Shown piece by piece: positions 28,454 through 38,262 of a stretch of DNA of 64,000 nt. The position numbers were made by a program, and so were the translations under genes. Below the pieces are notes generated by a model. It did no database searches. It was not told the origin of the DNA and worked only from the letters and a program-made list of their open reading frames with translations. This DNA comes from a bacterium. GTDB lineage: Bacteria; CLD3; SB21. Each line of letters begins with the position of its first letter. The first letter of the stretch is position 1. The stretch is from positions 89,144 to 153,143 of the forward strand of contig JABWCP010000001.1 in assembly GCA_013360215.1 (NCBI GenBank). The letters are read 5' to 3'.

Positions 28454-30052
28454 TTACTCCTTCTCTATCGCACGCTTAGGCAAAACTTCATCAGACATAG
28501 CACTCATATAAACGAAGTAAGCGACAATAGCCGCATTGCGTTTCAAATCTAAAGGCTGGATATGATCATACATATCCATGTTGGTATGCCAAGTGATATT
28601 ACCATAATCCATGGGATCTTGAATGAACTGAAATCCGTTTAATCCGGCACTGATAAAAGACATGTGGTCCGTACTACCGGTACCTTTAAGTGAAATGGTT
28701 GATGCGCCCCAGGAGCGGAAAGGTTCCATCCATTGTCTAAAATAAGACTGCACATCTTCATGCCCTTGCAAATAAATGCCGCGGATTTGACCGCCGCCAT
28801 TGTCCATGTTAAAATAGACATTGAATTTTTCATACCCCGGTTTAGCGCCGGTCGAATCATATAAATGTTTATTAACATAACCTGCCGAGCCGAGTAAACC
28901 TTGCTCTTCTGCTGACCAAAGGCCTATTTTGATGGTGCGACGGGGTTGAAAACCGATAGCTTTGAGAATACGAATAGCCTCCATCATTACGGAAACGCCG
29001 GCGGCATTATCCGTCGCTCCGGTGCTGGAATGCCAAGAATCCAGGTGCGCCCCGATCATCACAGTTTCATCTTTGCGATCACTTCCACTCCAAGTCCCTA
29101 TCGTATTATACGCTTTCAAATCTTTATCACGCCACTCGACTTGGAGATCACATTCCATGATCACTTCTTTACCGCTTTTGATCAATTCGATCAGCTGATT
29201 GTACTGCTCCGCAGAAATAGCAATCTGCGGTGCTACCGATGGCGGATTAGGATCCCACGCTTTGGGATTCGTATTACTGAACGGATCGGATTCGTCCACA
29301 AGCGGCATGGATGCACCCATAACACGCACTATGCCCGAATGAGGTGTACCGCCGCGAAAACTAAACGATCCTCCGTCCACGATAAGCGCCGGTTGTTGAT
29401 TATTAATCCATGTAAATATCCTCTGCCTTTCAATAAAAGCCGAGAATCGAGGCGACTTACGAAAACTCTGACGAAAAGATTCTGCTCGTCCTTCATTTTT
29501 ACCGGCATTGGACATGGTTAATAATTCACTATCGCTCCAGCGTTTAGCATCCGCTTCAAAATCTTCTTCAATCTTTACCTTATCGCCTAAAAGAACAATG
29601 GCATTCTTGAGCTTGTTTGAATATTTCTTCTGAATGTCCTCGAGTTTAGTTTCGTTGATATACAAGATTTTTGATCGTACCGTACCGCGCGTAGCGGGTG
29701 ACCAAGCTTTGGGATAAGCGATGAGTGGTATCGCATACGGCGCTACAATGCCGGCACGAAAACTTTTCATATCCCATCCGCGACCAAATTCTCCCCACGG
29801 CTCGACTTCCGCCGATAAACCCATTTTTTCAAGCGCCTCACGTGTCCAATCGTTAGCGGCCGCTAATCCTTTAGAATTAGTTAAACGTGCACCGATCACA
29901 TTTGTAAGAACATTCAGAGTTTGCAGAGCTTGCGAGCGCTCTATCGCCTCGGTTTTTATGGCTTCGGCGGCGGCCGAATCACCTTTTTCCGCTTGTGCAA
30001 ACAGCGAAAGACTACAGCACAAGATTACAATCAACATACGATAAAAATGCAT
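28454..30052 (-). CDS. M28 family zinc aminopeptidase with PA domain
   Basis: Signal peptide. M28 metal-binding motifs (HLDSW, DNAAG, SAEEQGLLGS, HTNMD). Confidence 0.8.
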   Translation of the reverse strand: MHFYRMLIVILCCSLSLFAQAEKGDSAAAEAIKTEAIERSQALQTLNVLTNVIGARLTNSKGLAAANDWTREALEKMGLSAEVEPWGEFGRGWDMKSFRAGIVAPYAIPLIAYPKAWSPATRGTVRSKILYINETKLEDIQKKYSNKLKNAIVLLGDKVKIEEDFEADAKRWSDSELLTMSNAGKNEGRAESFRQSFRKSPRFSAFIERQRIFTWINNQQPALIVDGGSFSFRGGTPHSGIVRVMGASMPLVDESDPFSNTNPKAWDPNPPSVAPQIAISAEQYNQLIELIKSGKEVIMECDLQVEWRDKDLKAYNTIGTWSGSDRKDETVMIGAHLDSWHSSTGATDNAAGVSVMMEAIRILKAIGFQPRRTIKIGLWSAEEQGLLGSAGYVNKHLYDSTGAKPGYEKFNVYFNMDNGGGQIRGIYLQGHEDVQSYFRQWMEPFRSWGASTISLKGTGSTDHMSFISAGLNGFQFIQDPMDYGNITWHTNMDMYDHIQPLDLKRNAAIVAYFVYMSAMSDEVLPKRAIEKE

Positions 30053-30077
30053 GTTACCTCACAGGATAGTTTTATGT

Positions 30078-30893
30078 TTATTGATTTTTGGATTCAGAAG
30101 TCGTCAGTATTTCGATAATCGTTTCATGTTTTTTAATACGCGCTATGGTAAGTGCCGTGCGCCCTTGCACATCTTTGGCTTTCAAATCAACGCCACGATT
30201 AACTAATAACCGAACAGCCTCCATTCGATTATAGTTAACCGCAAGCATCAATACGGTTTCTCCGTTGGGTGTTCTTGCTTCAAGATTAGCTCCTTTGTCC
30301 AGTAAAGCCTCAATGATCGGCGCTTTTCCTTTGATAGCGGCCTGCATCAGCGGTGTAAATGAGAACCGATCCATTGCATTAGGATCCGCTCCGCGATCTA
30401 GTAAAAGACGTACAACATCCAAACGATCCAGTAACACGGCAAAGGTAAGCGCGCTTTTACCGTCTTTGTCACGCCCATTTACATCGGCACCTGCGGCTAT
30501 GAGATCGGACACAAGTTCAGCCGGTGCATAACGCACACCGTACATCAATGCTGTTTGCCCATTATTGGCAACGGCCGTCGGATCAGCGCCCTTGCGTAAT
30601 AGTGAACGAACAATACCGATATGCCCTTCACGCGAAGCGATCATCAGCGGCGTAGGGTCATTGGACTCGCCTTGCGAAACCGAATCCTTATGATTGGTAA
30701 ACCTCATGTTTGGATTCATCCCGGCCTGAAGAAACATATTGGTCAGAATAAGATCGCCTTTTCGAATTCGCGACAAAAATTCCTGATCGTTGTATGCAAT
30801 TCCAAGGCGCATCAAATCGCGTTGGGCGCTGTCTTTTGGGTTTGAACAGGAAACGATGACTAAACACATCGCAAGCATAACTATCGTACGCAT
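30078..30893 (-). CDS. Ankyrin-repeat lipoprotein
   Basis: Lipobox (LAMCLVIVSCSNP) followed by about 6 ankyrin repeats (TPLM.A...G....V..LL..GAD.N). Start placed at MRTIVML to avoid overlap with the upstream gene. Confidence 0.7.
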   Translation of the reverse strand: MRTIVMLAMCLVIVSCSNPKDSAQRDLMRLGIAYNDQEFLSRIRKGDLILTNMFLQAGMNPNMRFTNHKDSVSQGESNDPTPLMIASREGHIGIVRSLLRKGADPTAVANNGQTALMYGVRYAPAELVSDLIAAGADVNGRDKDGKSALTFAVLLDRLDVVRLLLDRGADPNAMDRFSFTPLMQAAIKGKAPIIEALLDKGANLEARTPNGETVLMLAVNYNRMEAVRLLVNRGVDLKAKDVQGRTALTIARIKKHETIIEILTTSESKNQ

Positions 30894-30909
30894 AATAACT
30901 ACATTCCTT

Positions 30910-31401
30910 TTAACCGCCATAATTCCAACCGGTGTCCCGTAATAAAATAGGTTTAAAATCACGACGTACTTTAGCATTAATGATGGAGGCTACTATGATC
31001 GAATGATCACCCCGTTCGATACGATCGGTAACCGTACATTCGATATACGCGTACGCTTCATCCAATATCGGTGCGCCGCTTTGATCCGTATCAAACGAAT
31101 ATCCATTGATCATCTGGCCGTTTACTTCAATGTTTTTAAAAAATTTTCCGGCAATCGATTTTTGATCTTCTGATAAAATATTCAGTGCAAATGAATCGGT
31201 TTGACGTATCGCCTCATTGGCCCAACTGTCTTTGCGCAATCCCAGCATGATCAGAGGCGGTTCAAAGGATGCCTGACTTACCCAAGTCACGGTTGAGGCG
31301 ACATACGGGCTTCCTTGGAAATCATGCTGCGCTTTGGCCGTCAAAATGAACATACCGTATTGGAAAAAACGTAATGCTTTTTTTTTATCTTCGTTGGTCA
31401 T
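30910..31401 (-). CDS. Flavin reductase-like FMN-binding domain protein
   Basis: 163 aa with flavin-reductase-domain similarity (FALNILSEDQ...AGKF, GDHSIIVASI). Confidence 0.65.
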   Translation of the reverse strand: MTNEDKKKALRFFQYGMFILTAKAQHDFQGSPYVASTVTWVSQASFEPPLIMLGLRKDSWANEAIRQTDSFALNILSEDQKSIAGKFFKNIEVNGQMINGYSFDTDQSGAPILDEAYAYIECTVTDRIERGDHSIIVASIINAKVRRDFKPILLRDTGWNYGG

Positions 31402-31409
31402 ATTAATGT

Positions 31410-32585
31410 TTATATCGTTTTGGTTAATTTACCGACAGTTTCTGTTATGCGTTTGATCGTATAGTCTATATGGTCCGGTGTGTTCCCGCGTCCAAGTCCA
31501 AATCGTAATGAGGCTTTCGCCAATTCTTTAGAAATGCCCATGCGCAGTAAAACATGCGAGGGTTCAGGGACGGCCGACGAACATGCCGATCCGGTGGACA
31601 CAGCAATATCTTTGAGCGCCATGATAAGGCCTTCGCCATCAATGTCCGGAATGCTGACATTGAGATTATTCGGAAGCCGACGGGAAAAATTGTCGTCTTT
31701 TTCAAAATCAGGACCATTTAACCGAATGCCTTTTATTGTTTGTTTTAAGCCACTCCATAGGCGCTCTCTAAGTACGGTATAATGTTTTTGGTTTTGTTGT
31801 AATTCATCAACGGAAAGGCGCGCCGCTTCGCCCATGCCCACGATACCCGGCACATTAAGTGTGCCGGAACGTCGCCCGTTTTCATGACCCCCTCCGTGTA
31901 AAAGAGCCGTGAGCTGAATACGGGGATTACGTTTTCGAATATACAGTGCGCCAACGCCTTTGGGACCATAAAACTTGTGTGCTGAAAGGGATAATAAATC
32001 AGCATTAAGGTTTTCTACGTGCACCGGGATTTTGCCAAGAGCTTGTACCGCATCGGTATGAAGAATAATACCTTTCTCACGTGTAATAGCGCCAATAGCT
32101 GCTATATCTTGAATCACGCCGGTTTCATTGTTGGCCAACATGACACTCACCAAAATCGTATCGCTTCGTATGGCGCTGACGATTTTTTGAGGATCCAATA
32201 AACCGTCTTGTGAAACCTCCAATACAGTGATTTCAAAACCGGCTTCTCGCAAATATTCACACGTATCCAATACACTGGCGTGTTCGGTCGAAACCGTGAT
32301 GATATGGCGTCCCTTGTTTTGAAACGTTTCGGCTATACCTTTGATTGCAAGATTATTAGCTTCCGTCGCACCGCTTGTAAATACTATTTCATCCTTGCTT
32401 GCCCCGATAGCCGTAGCGATGCGGATCCGCGCTTGTTCTACGGCTTCTTCGGCGATCCAACCGTATTGATGCGTTCTACTGGCGGCATTACCGTAATGCT
32501 CAGTTAAATATGGCATCATTTTTTGCAAAACGCGCGGGTCGAGCGGCGTCGTCGCATGGTGATCTAGATAGATCGGTTTTTTCAT
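31410..32585 (-). CDS. iscS: Cysteine desulfurase (NifS/IscS family)
   Basis: Class V aminotransferase fold with SAHKFYGPKGVGALYIRK (PLP Lys) and the active-site loop GSACSS. Confidence 0.85.
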   Translation of the reverse strand: MKKPIYLDHHATTPLDPRVLQKMMPYLTEHYGNAASRTHQYGWIAEEAVEQARIRIATAIGASKDEIVFTSGATEANNLAIKGIAETFQNKGRHIITVSTEHASVLDTCEYLREAGFEITVLEVSQDGLLDPQKIVSAIRSDTILVSVMLANNETGVIQDIAAIGAITREKGIILHTDAVQALGKIPVHVENLNADLLSLSAHKFYGPKGVGALYIRKRNPRIQLTALLHGGGHENGRRSGTLNVPGIVGMGEAARLSVDELQQNQKHYTVLRERLWSGLKQTIKGIRLNGPDFEKDDNFSRRLPNNLNVSIPDIDGEGLIMALKDIAVSTGSACSSAVPEPSHVLLRMGISKELAKASLRFGLGRGNTPDHIDYTIKRITETVGKLTKTI

Positions 32586-32697
32586 GGCGACGCAAAGTAG
32601 ATAATCACTATCATAAAATCAACCGACAGGCCGATGAAAAAAACTTGTTAAAAAAAAATAGCTTTCGTAAGATAGGCTAAACCAAAAGGAAATTATT

Positions 32698-33108
32698 ATG
32701 AAAAAAATTCTGACGTTTTTATTGTTCACGGGCGCAATTTCCGTTTACGCGCAGGACGTTTCAAAGCAACTTGAGCGCCTAGATCCGGGTACGGCCACGG
32801 CCAATCTGGATAACTTCGGTAAAACTCACAGTGAACAAATCACGGCAGCGCACCAAGCTCGTCTGGGCGAACTCATCAAGGCCGGTACGATCATTATTCG
32901 CCAAGACACTATGATCACCGCGGATAAACCGGTTAAAATCGCATTTAACTGGCCTGTTGCAAGCGGTCAAAATCTCAAAGATAAATCCATGGTCAAACGC
33001 GACCCGCAGATAATGACACTCTATCCCGCTAAAGATCCGAGCAACAAAGATATTCCACAGCGGTGGCAGGTCACTTACAAAGATGGCACAGTCAAAGCGA
33101 TACAATAA
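32698..33108 (+). CDS. Small secreted protein of unknown function
   Basis: 136 aa with signal peptide (MKKILTFLLFTGAISVYAQ). No recognisable motif. Confidence 0.5.
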   Translation: MKKILTFLLFTGAISVYAQDVSKQLERLDPGTATANLDNFGKTHSEQITAAHQARLGELIKAGTIIIRQDTMITADKPVKIAFNWPVASGQNLKDKSMVKRDPQIMTLYPAKDPSNKDIPQRWQVTYKDGTVKAIQ

Positions 33109-33132
33109 ATTTTTTGTTTAGTTATCAAATAA

Positions 33133-33167
33133 GCACCCCTTCATCAAAACGGATGAAGGGGTTTTTA
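33133..33167. terminator. Bidirectional hairpin terminator between convergent genes
   Basis: CCCCTTCATC-aaaacg-GATGAAGGGG followed by TTTTT. Preceded by an A-rich run for the minus-strand reading. Confidence 0.8.
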
Positions 33168-33193
33168 GTGGACCTAACTGAGGATATATCGTA

Positions 33194-33388
33194 TTAGAAA
33201 TTTGTCTCAAGCCATTTTGCTGCAAAAGCGGCTTCATCCTCATGAGCGGGCATACGGACAAACCGTTCGTTGAATTTCCATGCACCGGTTTTGGGCGAAA
33301 TTGACGAATAAACAATCATAATCGTTTTCCAATTCGCATCGCGCTTTTGTTTATCCGTTTTTTCGCCAAACGTTTGTTTCTTGGCCAT
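33194..33388 (-). CDS. DUF4295-like Cys-less small basic protein
   Basis: 64 aa, MAKKQTFGEKTDKQKRDANWKTIMIV...SPKTGAWKFNERFV. Pattern resembles the MAKK...KSPKTGAY(S/T)FKE DUF4295 mini-proteins that sit beside rpmB/rpmG in Bacteroidota. Contains no Cys. Confidence 0.5.
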   Translation of the reverse strand: MAKKQTFGEKTDKQKRDANWKTIMIVYSSISPKTGAWKFNERFVRMPAHEDEAAFAAKWLETNF

Positions 33389-33419
33389 ATTTTTATAACT
33401 CCATTTAAAAATTCATAGA

Positions 33420-34640
33420 TTAATTCACTGCGCTCTCTTCCGCGGATTGGATTATCCACTCGGGAAACGGATCAACAAATCGCACCCAATCCGTATGATC
33501 GATTTTCATCTCTTCGTCCGTAAGCAAACACTTTTCAAATGCTTCGCTTAACGAGACTTTATCCATGTCTTTACCTATGAGGACGATTTCCTGACGACGA
33601 TCTCCGTATGGCGGGTGCATTTGTGCTTCGATATCTTGTATATACGCCGCATCGTCCGGCCATGAACGGCGATCTATCGCAGACCACCAAAAACCAGCCG
33701 GTTCATAGTTGCATGTACCGCCGGCTTGTTCCCAATGCCCCGCCCACTCCATGCGCGTCGCCAGCCAAAAATAACCCTTGGATCGAAGCACTCCGGGCCA
33801 CTCTGTATGCACCCATACCCAAAATCGTTCGGGATGAAATGGTTTTCTTGCGCGAAAGACAAAACTGGAAATACCGTATTCTTCCGTCTCCGGCGTATGT
33901 TCACCGCGCAATTCCTTAAGCCAGCCGGGAGCCGACGAAGCTTTATCAAAATCAAAAAGTCCCGTATTCAATATCTGCGTCAATGGCACATCACCGTATT
34001 TAGAAAAAACAATCTGCGCGTCAGGATTCAATCTTTGGCATACGGAAAACAAAACTTTTCTGGCCTCTTCACCGATCAGGTCTGTTTTGTTTACGATTAT
34101 GACATTGGCAAACTCAATTTGGTCTATCAACAAATCGGCGATCGAGCGCTCATCTTCCTCACCCAAAGCAATGTTTCGATCTATCAGTGAATCGCTGCCG
34201 CAATAGTCGTTAAAAAAATTATACCCGTCCACAACAGTAACCATCGTATCCAGTCTGGCGTAACGGGATAAACTTTCGCCCTGTTCATCTTCAAACGTAA
34301 ATGTTTCGGCAACCGGCAACGGTTCGGATATTCCGGTTGATTCGATCAACAGATAGTCAAATCGCCCTTCTTTGGCCAGGCGCGCTACTTCGACAAGAAG
34401 GTCTTCGCGCAATGTACAACAAATGCATCCGTTGGTCATTTCGATCAATTTTTCTTCTTTGCGACTTAAGGCGGCCTCACCGTTTTTGACGAGCGATGCA
34501 TCAATATTTACTTCGGACATATCATTGACGATTACCGCGACACGTTTACCTTCGCGGTTTTTCAAAATGTGATTGAGTAATGTCGTTTTTCCGGCGCCTA
34601 AAAATCCGGAAAGCACGGTGACTGGAAGTTTTTTAATCAT
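33420..34640 (-). CDS. COG0523-family GTPase (CobW/ZigA/YeiR-like putative zinc metallochaperone)
   Basis: Start at MIKKLPV. Walker A LSGFLGAGKTTLLNHIL. Canonical metal-binding GCICCTL (CxCC) motif. C-terminal CobW_C-like domain. Confidence 0.8.
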   Translation of the reverse strand: MIKKLPVTVLSGFLGAGKTTLLNHILKNREGKRVAVIVNDMSEVNIDASLVKNGEAALSRKEEKLIEMTNGCICCTLREDLLVEVARLAKEGRFDYLLIESTGISEPLPVAETFTFEDEQGESLSRYARLDTMVTVVDGYNFFNDYCGSDSLIDRNIALGEEDERSIADLLIDQIEFANVIIVNKTDLIGEEARKVLFSVCQRLNPDAQIVFSKYGDVPLTQILNTGLFDFDKASSAPGWLKELRGEHTPETEEYGISSFVFRARKPFHPERFWVWVHTEWPGVLRSKGYFWLATRMEWAGHWEQAGGTCNYEPAGFWWSAIDRRSWPDDAAYIQDIEAQMHPPYGDRRQEIVLIGKDMDKVSLSEAFEKCLLTDEEMKIDHTDWVRFVDPFPEWIIQSAEESAVN

Positions 34641-34800
34641 AAAAGCATCTCTAAAATAAGTGTAAATGAAGAATAAATCATCACTGGCCGGGTCACGGCA
34701 ATACATAACACCGATCTTTTGTGTAAGGCCAATGGAAAAGGAATAATGGAAAACCTCTGTTAGAAGTTTCCTCATTTAAGGAATAAATGTTAATGTGTAT

Positions 34801-35157
34801 TTAGACGAACAATGGCGGGGCTCGAGCGGAACGACGTGGTAAAATACTTTCAAGAAACCAAACATGGCTGTGGCCTGTGTTCTCATTGATACTAGACACA
34901 ATAACGAGTGACAACGAATCAACACGATCGTGCCCCAATGCAAATTGATGAGCCAAACAATACGGATGTTGGGCGTCTTCCCCTGTAGAATAGCCGATAT
35001 CGCTGCTGGCAATTTCAACCGTATGAACCGATATGCCGCACTGATCCGTATGCAGCATCGGTAGCAGGCTACAAACGATCAGATAAAAAACAATGTATAA
35101 ATATCGTAACAAAGAGTGCACGTTCCGCTTTCCGATTAGAACTAATAAAGGCGTCAC
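34801..35157 (-). CDS. Small membrane-anchored Cys/His-motif protein (paralog of 38263..38592)
   Basis: About 118 aa. N-terminal hydrophobic helix then LLPMLHTD...C...H...CLAHQF...GH.H motifs shared with its paralog. Probable GTG start. Confidence 0.5.
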   Translation of the reverse strand: MTPLLVLIGKRNVHSLLRYLYIVFYLIVCSLLPMLHTDQCGISVHTVEIASSDIGYSTGEDAQHPYCLAHQFALGHDRVDSLSLVIVSSINENTGHSHVWFLESILPRRSARAPPLFV

Positions 35158-35190
35158 ATGATAAGTAACGCCTTGTATTTATGAGAAACC

Positions 35191-35745
35191 TTATTGAATC
35201 CGAATCGGAAACTCCACCTCAATATCCGTTTCGCCGGGTGTAGATGTACCGTTTTTGACTCCGGGCTGGTGTTTAAGCGTCACATGCGCTTCGCCGCTTG
35301 AGGCCGCACCGGTAATCCAACGCGTCAGTAAACCGACGGGAATATTATTATCATCCACATCGCGATAGTTTACGACAAGGTTAACATCGTGGCCATGAAA
35401 GAAAAACATATGATCATTACGTTCATCATACACTTCATTGGAAATCGTATCGGCGGGTTCTTCCGTTTCGTTTAATAAAACGATCGTAGCGTGATAGGTT
35501 TTGTTTGCGGCTAATTTAATTGTATCAAACTGTACCGGATCCGCGCCGCCTTCACCGTCCAAATCGCGAAACGAGGCCGTAACCGTATTCGCCGCATTCG
35601 AAGTATCTACAAACTTAATCACGACCGATGTGATGAGTTCTTCCGGATTGGTTTCCTTATCGTCTTTTTCGCATCCGCTGAATACAAATAATGACATCAG
35701 TATAGTTACAGTTAATAACGCTGTTTTTGAGAAAACACGTGTCAT
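35191..35745 (-). CDS. His-motif lipoprotein, receptor-associated
   Basis: Lipobox (LFVFSGCEKD). Contains HMFFFHGHD. Immediately downstream of the TonB-dependent receptor on the same strand. Confidence 0.55.
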   Translation of the reverse strand: MTRVFSKTALLTVTILMSLFVFSGCEKDDKETNPEELITSVVIKFVDTSNAANTVTASFRDLDGEGGADPVQFDTIKLAANKTYHATIVLLNETEEPADTISNEVYDERNDHMFFFHGHDVNLVVNYRDVDDNNIPVGLLTRWITGAASSGEAHVTLKHQPGVKNGTSTPGETDIEVEFPIRIQ

Positions 35746-35785
35746 ACAACACCCCTTAAGTTTTTCGATTAATGATTTATTTTAA

Positions 35786-38167
35786 CTAAAATTCTAGGTT
35801 ACCAAACGGAATCTGAACACGCAGCACAATATTGCGACCGGGATCATCTATATAATATCGAAACCGGCTCAGATAATTCGCGTACCGCGTATTGAATACA
35901 TTATTGATGGCCAGACTGATCGTGATCGGCGACCAGGATGTATGCCATTCGCACCCAACTTCAAAATCAACCGTCACATAGCCGGGTGGCGGAGTGACCG
36001 TAACCGAGTCGGCATCGTTTACAAACGTCTCGGCACCTTCAGGTACATGCGATTGACGGCGATACCATGTTATCCCGATATCCACATACGGTTCATGGAT
36101 CGTACCCGCATCTGAAAAATGCCAATGCATAAGTCCACTAAATCGGTCGGAAGGCATATAAATCAGGGGCTCATCTTTTTTCAAATCGCGACCGCGCACG
36201 ATAGACCATCCGGCATCAAGACGCACAATGTCAAGGGCATGCCATTGGATCTGACCGTCAATACCGGTCAATTGAGCTTCGGTCTGCGCATAACGAAACG
36301 TCGGAAAAGCCCCCCTGATCGTGAGCGTAGGTTTACGCGATGGATACAAATGAATATAGTTATCCATGCGGTTTACAAACACACTCACATCGCCGTTGAT
36401 CTTTTCACTGTTATGATGCAAAGTGATATCCGTACTGTAGCTTTTTTCTACACCCATCGCAGGATCGCCGATTTCGTATTGTGCCGTGCCATGGTGAACT
36501 CCGTTACTATATAACTCATTTACTCCCGGCGGTCGCCACGCCGTACCGGCATTGATCCCGATTGACCAATATTCCGCAAAACGCCGGTTCACACCGACGG
36601 CCGCCGAAGTACTGCGATAAACATGGTCTTCATTTTCATTTACACCCAACTTCAACTGTTGTTGTGCTGTAAAGGAAGCATCCAGCCATCGTTGGTCATA
36701 GCGTAACCCCGCCTCTGCTGACCAATCATCTTGCACCCATTTTTCGATCCAGTACAGACCGGCATTATATGTACGGAAACTGGGAATCAGACGTATCGCT
36801 TGATTGACATTGCGCTGCCGCATGACATTGACGCCGATGGTTCCGGCAAAGTCCCCGATCGGACGATGACGCCATCGTACATCGGCGGTGTAGGTGTACA
36901 GCGAAAGATCAAAGGAAGGTTTTTTTAAATCCTCGGCCGGTGTACCGAGCGGCTTATGCGAATCAAACTCCTGACGATGATTGCGTTGCCAACCGCCCTG
37001 AAATTCGAAACGATCACCGGCATCCGTTTGACGGTGCACACGAGCTGATATCAGATCATGAGTGATTACCTGACGTGGATTTCCGATCGCGAAGGAAAAA
37101 TCATCCTCGGTTAATGGAACACGGTTGCGTTTTATCGCAGCGATAAGATCGCTGGTATTCCCGATATGCGAACCTTTGTAGATACCAAGTTCCGTTCCAA
37201 AATGACTATAATACAATTGCGATTCCCAGCGATGGTTTCGAAATCCCACCGCCGCAGATCCGTTGAACTCCTGAAATCCGGAATTACCTATGACATAACG
37301 CGGTGTTTGAGCATTACCCGCCTTACGCCCGCTGACCTGTGCACGCCAACCAAAACCGGGTTTATTGGCAAGGCCCCCTTCGATTCGCAATGCTCCGGCC
37401 ATTTGGCGATTATTGGTAAAACCGTTGAGAGAGAGCTCGCCTCCGATTCCGGCATGTTCCGGTAACGGACTTGGCTCTACACGTATCACGCCGCCGATAG
37501 CACCTGCTCCGTATTCTAAACCCGAAGCGCCGCGTATCACCGTAATGCTTCCGGCCGCAAACGGATCTATTTCGGGTGCGTGTTCCCCTCCCCACTGCTG
37601 TCCTTCCTGCGTTACGCCGTCATTGAGCACGACGACGCGTTGGCTATGCAGGCCGCGCACTACCGGTTTGGCAATCGACGGACCGGTTTGGAGTAACGAG
37701 ACCCCCGGAACATCCTTTAGGGTTTCTCCCAGGGTTTGTCCGCGATGTTGATCCAGCTGCCCTTCATCCAGTGCCGTCACGGATTGATAGGAATCCATTA
37801 CATTATCCCGCTCCACGGTTACAGTTGAACCTTCGATCTGTAACGGATCCGGAGTTAATGTGATGTCCAATGTTATTGAACGATTGAGTTCGATCGTTTT
37901 TTTATAAATACCGTAACCGATGATCTGGGCCGTAACTTCATACGTACCGGCCTTGAGACCGCTGATCACATAATGACCGTGCGCATCCGTAATTGTTCCC
38001 TTTTTTAAGGCGGGAAAAAATACAGACACACCGGGTAATCCATCATGGGTATCTTTATCGTACACAGTTCCGCTGAGTTTGAATGTCTCACCGGGATTTT
38101 CTTCAGCAACAGCCGTCGAAAAACCAAATATGAGCATGACCCAAACCACAACGGAAGTACGATGCAT
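35786..38167 (-). CDS. TonB-dependent outer-membrane receptor (CarbopepD-reg N-domain plus plug plus barrel)
   Basis: Start at MHRTSVVVWVMLIFGFSTAVA signal peptide. SGTVYDKDTHDGLPGVSV carboxypeptidase-regulatory-like domain. Plug region (DEGQLDQHRGQTLGETLKDVPGV). Terminal aromatic residue. Confidence 0.8.
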   Translation of the reverse strand: MHRTSVVVWVMLIFGFSTAVAEENPGETFKLSGTVYDKDTHDGLPGVSVFFPALKKGTITDAHGHYVISGLKAGTYEVTAQIIGYGIYKKTIELNRSITLDITLTPDPLQIEGSTVTVERDNVMDSYQSVTALDEGQLDQHRGQTLGETLKDVPGVSLLQTGPSIAKPVVRGLHSQRVVVLNDGVTQEGQQWGGEHAPEIDPFAAGSITVIRGASGLEYGAGAIGGVIRVEPSPLPEHAGIGGELSLNGFTNNRQMAGALRIEGGLANKPGFGWRAQVSGRKAGNAQTPRYVIGNSGFQEFNGSAAVGFRNHRWESQLYYSHFGTELGIYKGSHIGNTSDLIAAIKRNRVPLTEDDFSFAIGNPRQVITHDLISARVHRQTDAGDRFEFQGGWQRNHRQEFDSHKPLGTPAEDLKKPSFDLSLYTYTADVRWRHRPIGDFAGTIGVNVMRQRNVNQAIRLIPSFRTYNAGLYWIEKWVQDDWSAEAGLRYDQRWLDASFTAQQQLKLGVNENEDHVYRSTSAAVGVNRRFAEYWSIGINAGTAWRPPGVNELYSNGVHHGTAQYEIGDPAMGVEKSYSTDITLHHNSEKINGDVSVFVNRMDNYIHLYPSRKPTLTIRGAFPTFRYAQTEAQLTGIDGQIQWHALDIVRLDAGWSIVRGRDLKKDEPLIYMPSDRFSGLMHWHFSDAGTIHEPYVDIGITWYRRQSHVPEGAETFVNDADSVTVTPPPGYVTVDFEVGCEWHTSWSPITISLAINNVFNTRYANYLSRFRYYIDDPGRNIVLRVQIPFGNLEF

Positions 38168-38262
38168 CGTTAAAATAGGCATGCATTTCCTTCGTGTAGA
38201 TCGCGGCAAACTAAATGTCGCCGGATACAATCATGAAACCAAAAGGGAGTTTTAAATGGAAA

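Noticed and set aside
32598-32615. TAGATAATCACTATCATA immediately upstream of iscS, reminiscent of a Fur/Zur-type box (GATAATGATAATCATTATC)
   Set aside because: Only partial similarity, not a true palindrome, and positioned 13-30 nt from the start codon rather than at a promoter. Too degenerate to call.
38168-38262. Searched the intergenic regions upstream of the TonB receptor, small paralogs and COG0523 gene for a Zur-box palindrome
   Set aside because: No convincing AT-rich dyad resembling known Zur boxes found by eye. Only a shared TGATAAG-containing stretch before the two small paralogs and a weak AAACCTCT-gtt-AGAAGTTT dyad at 34748-34766. Regulator assignment left open.
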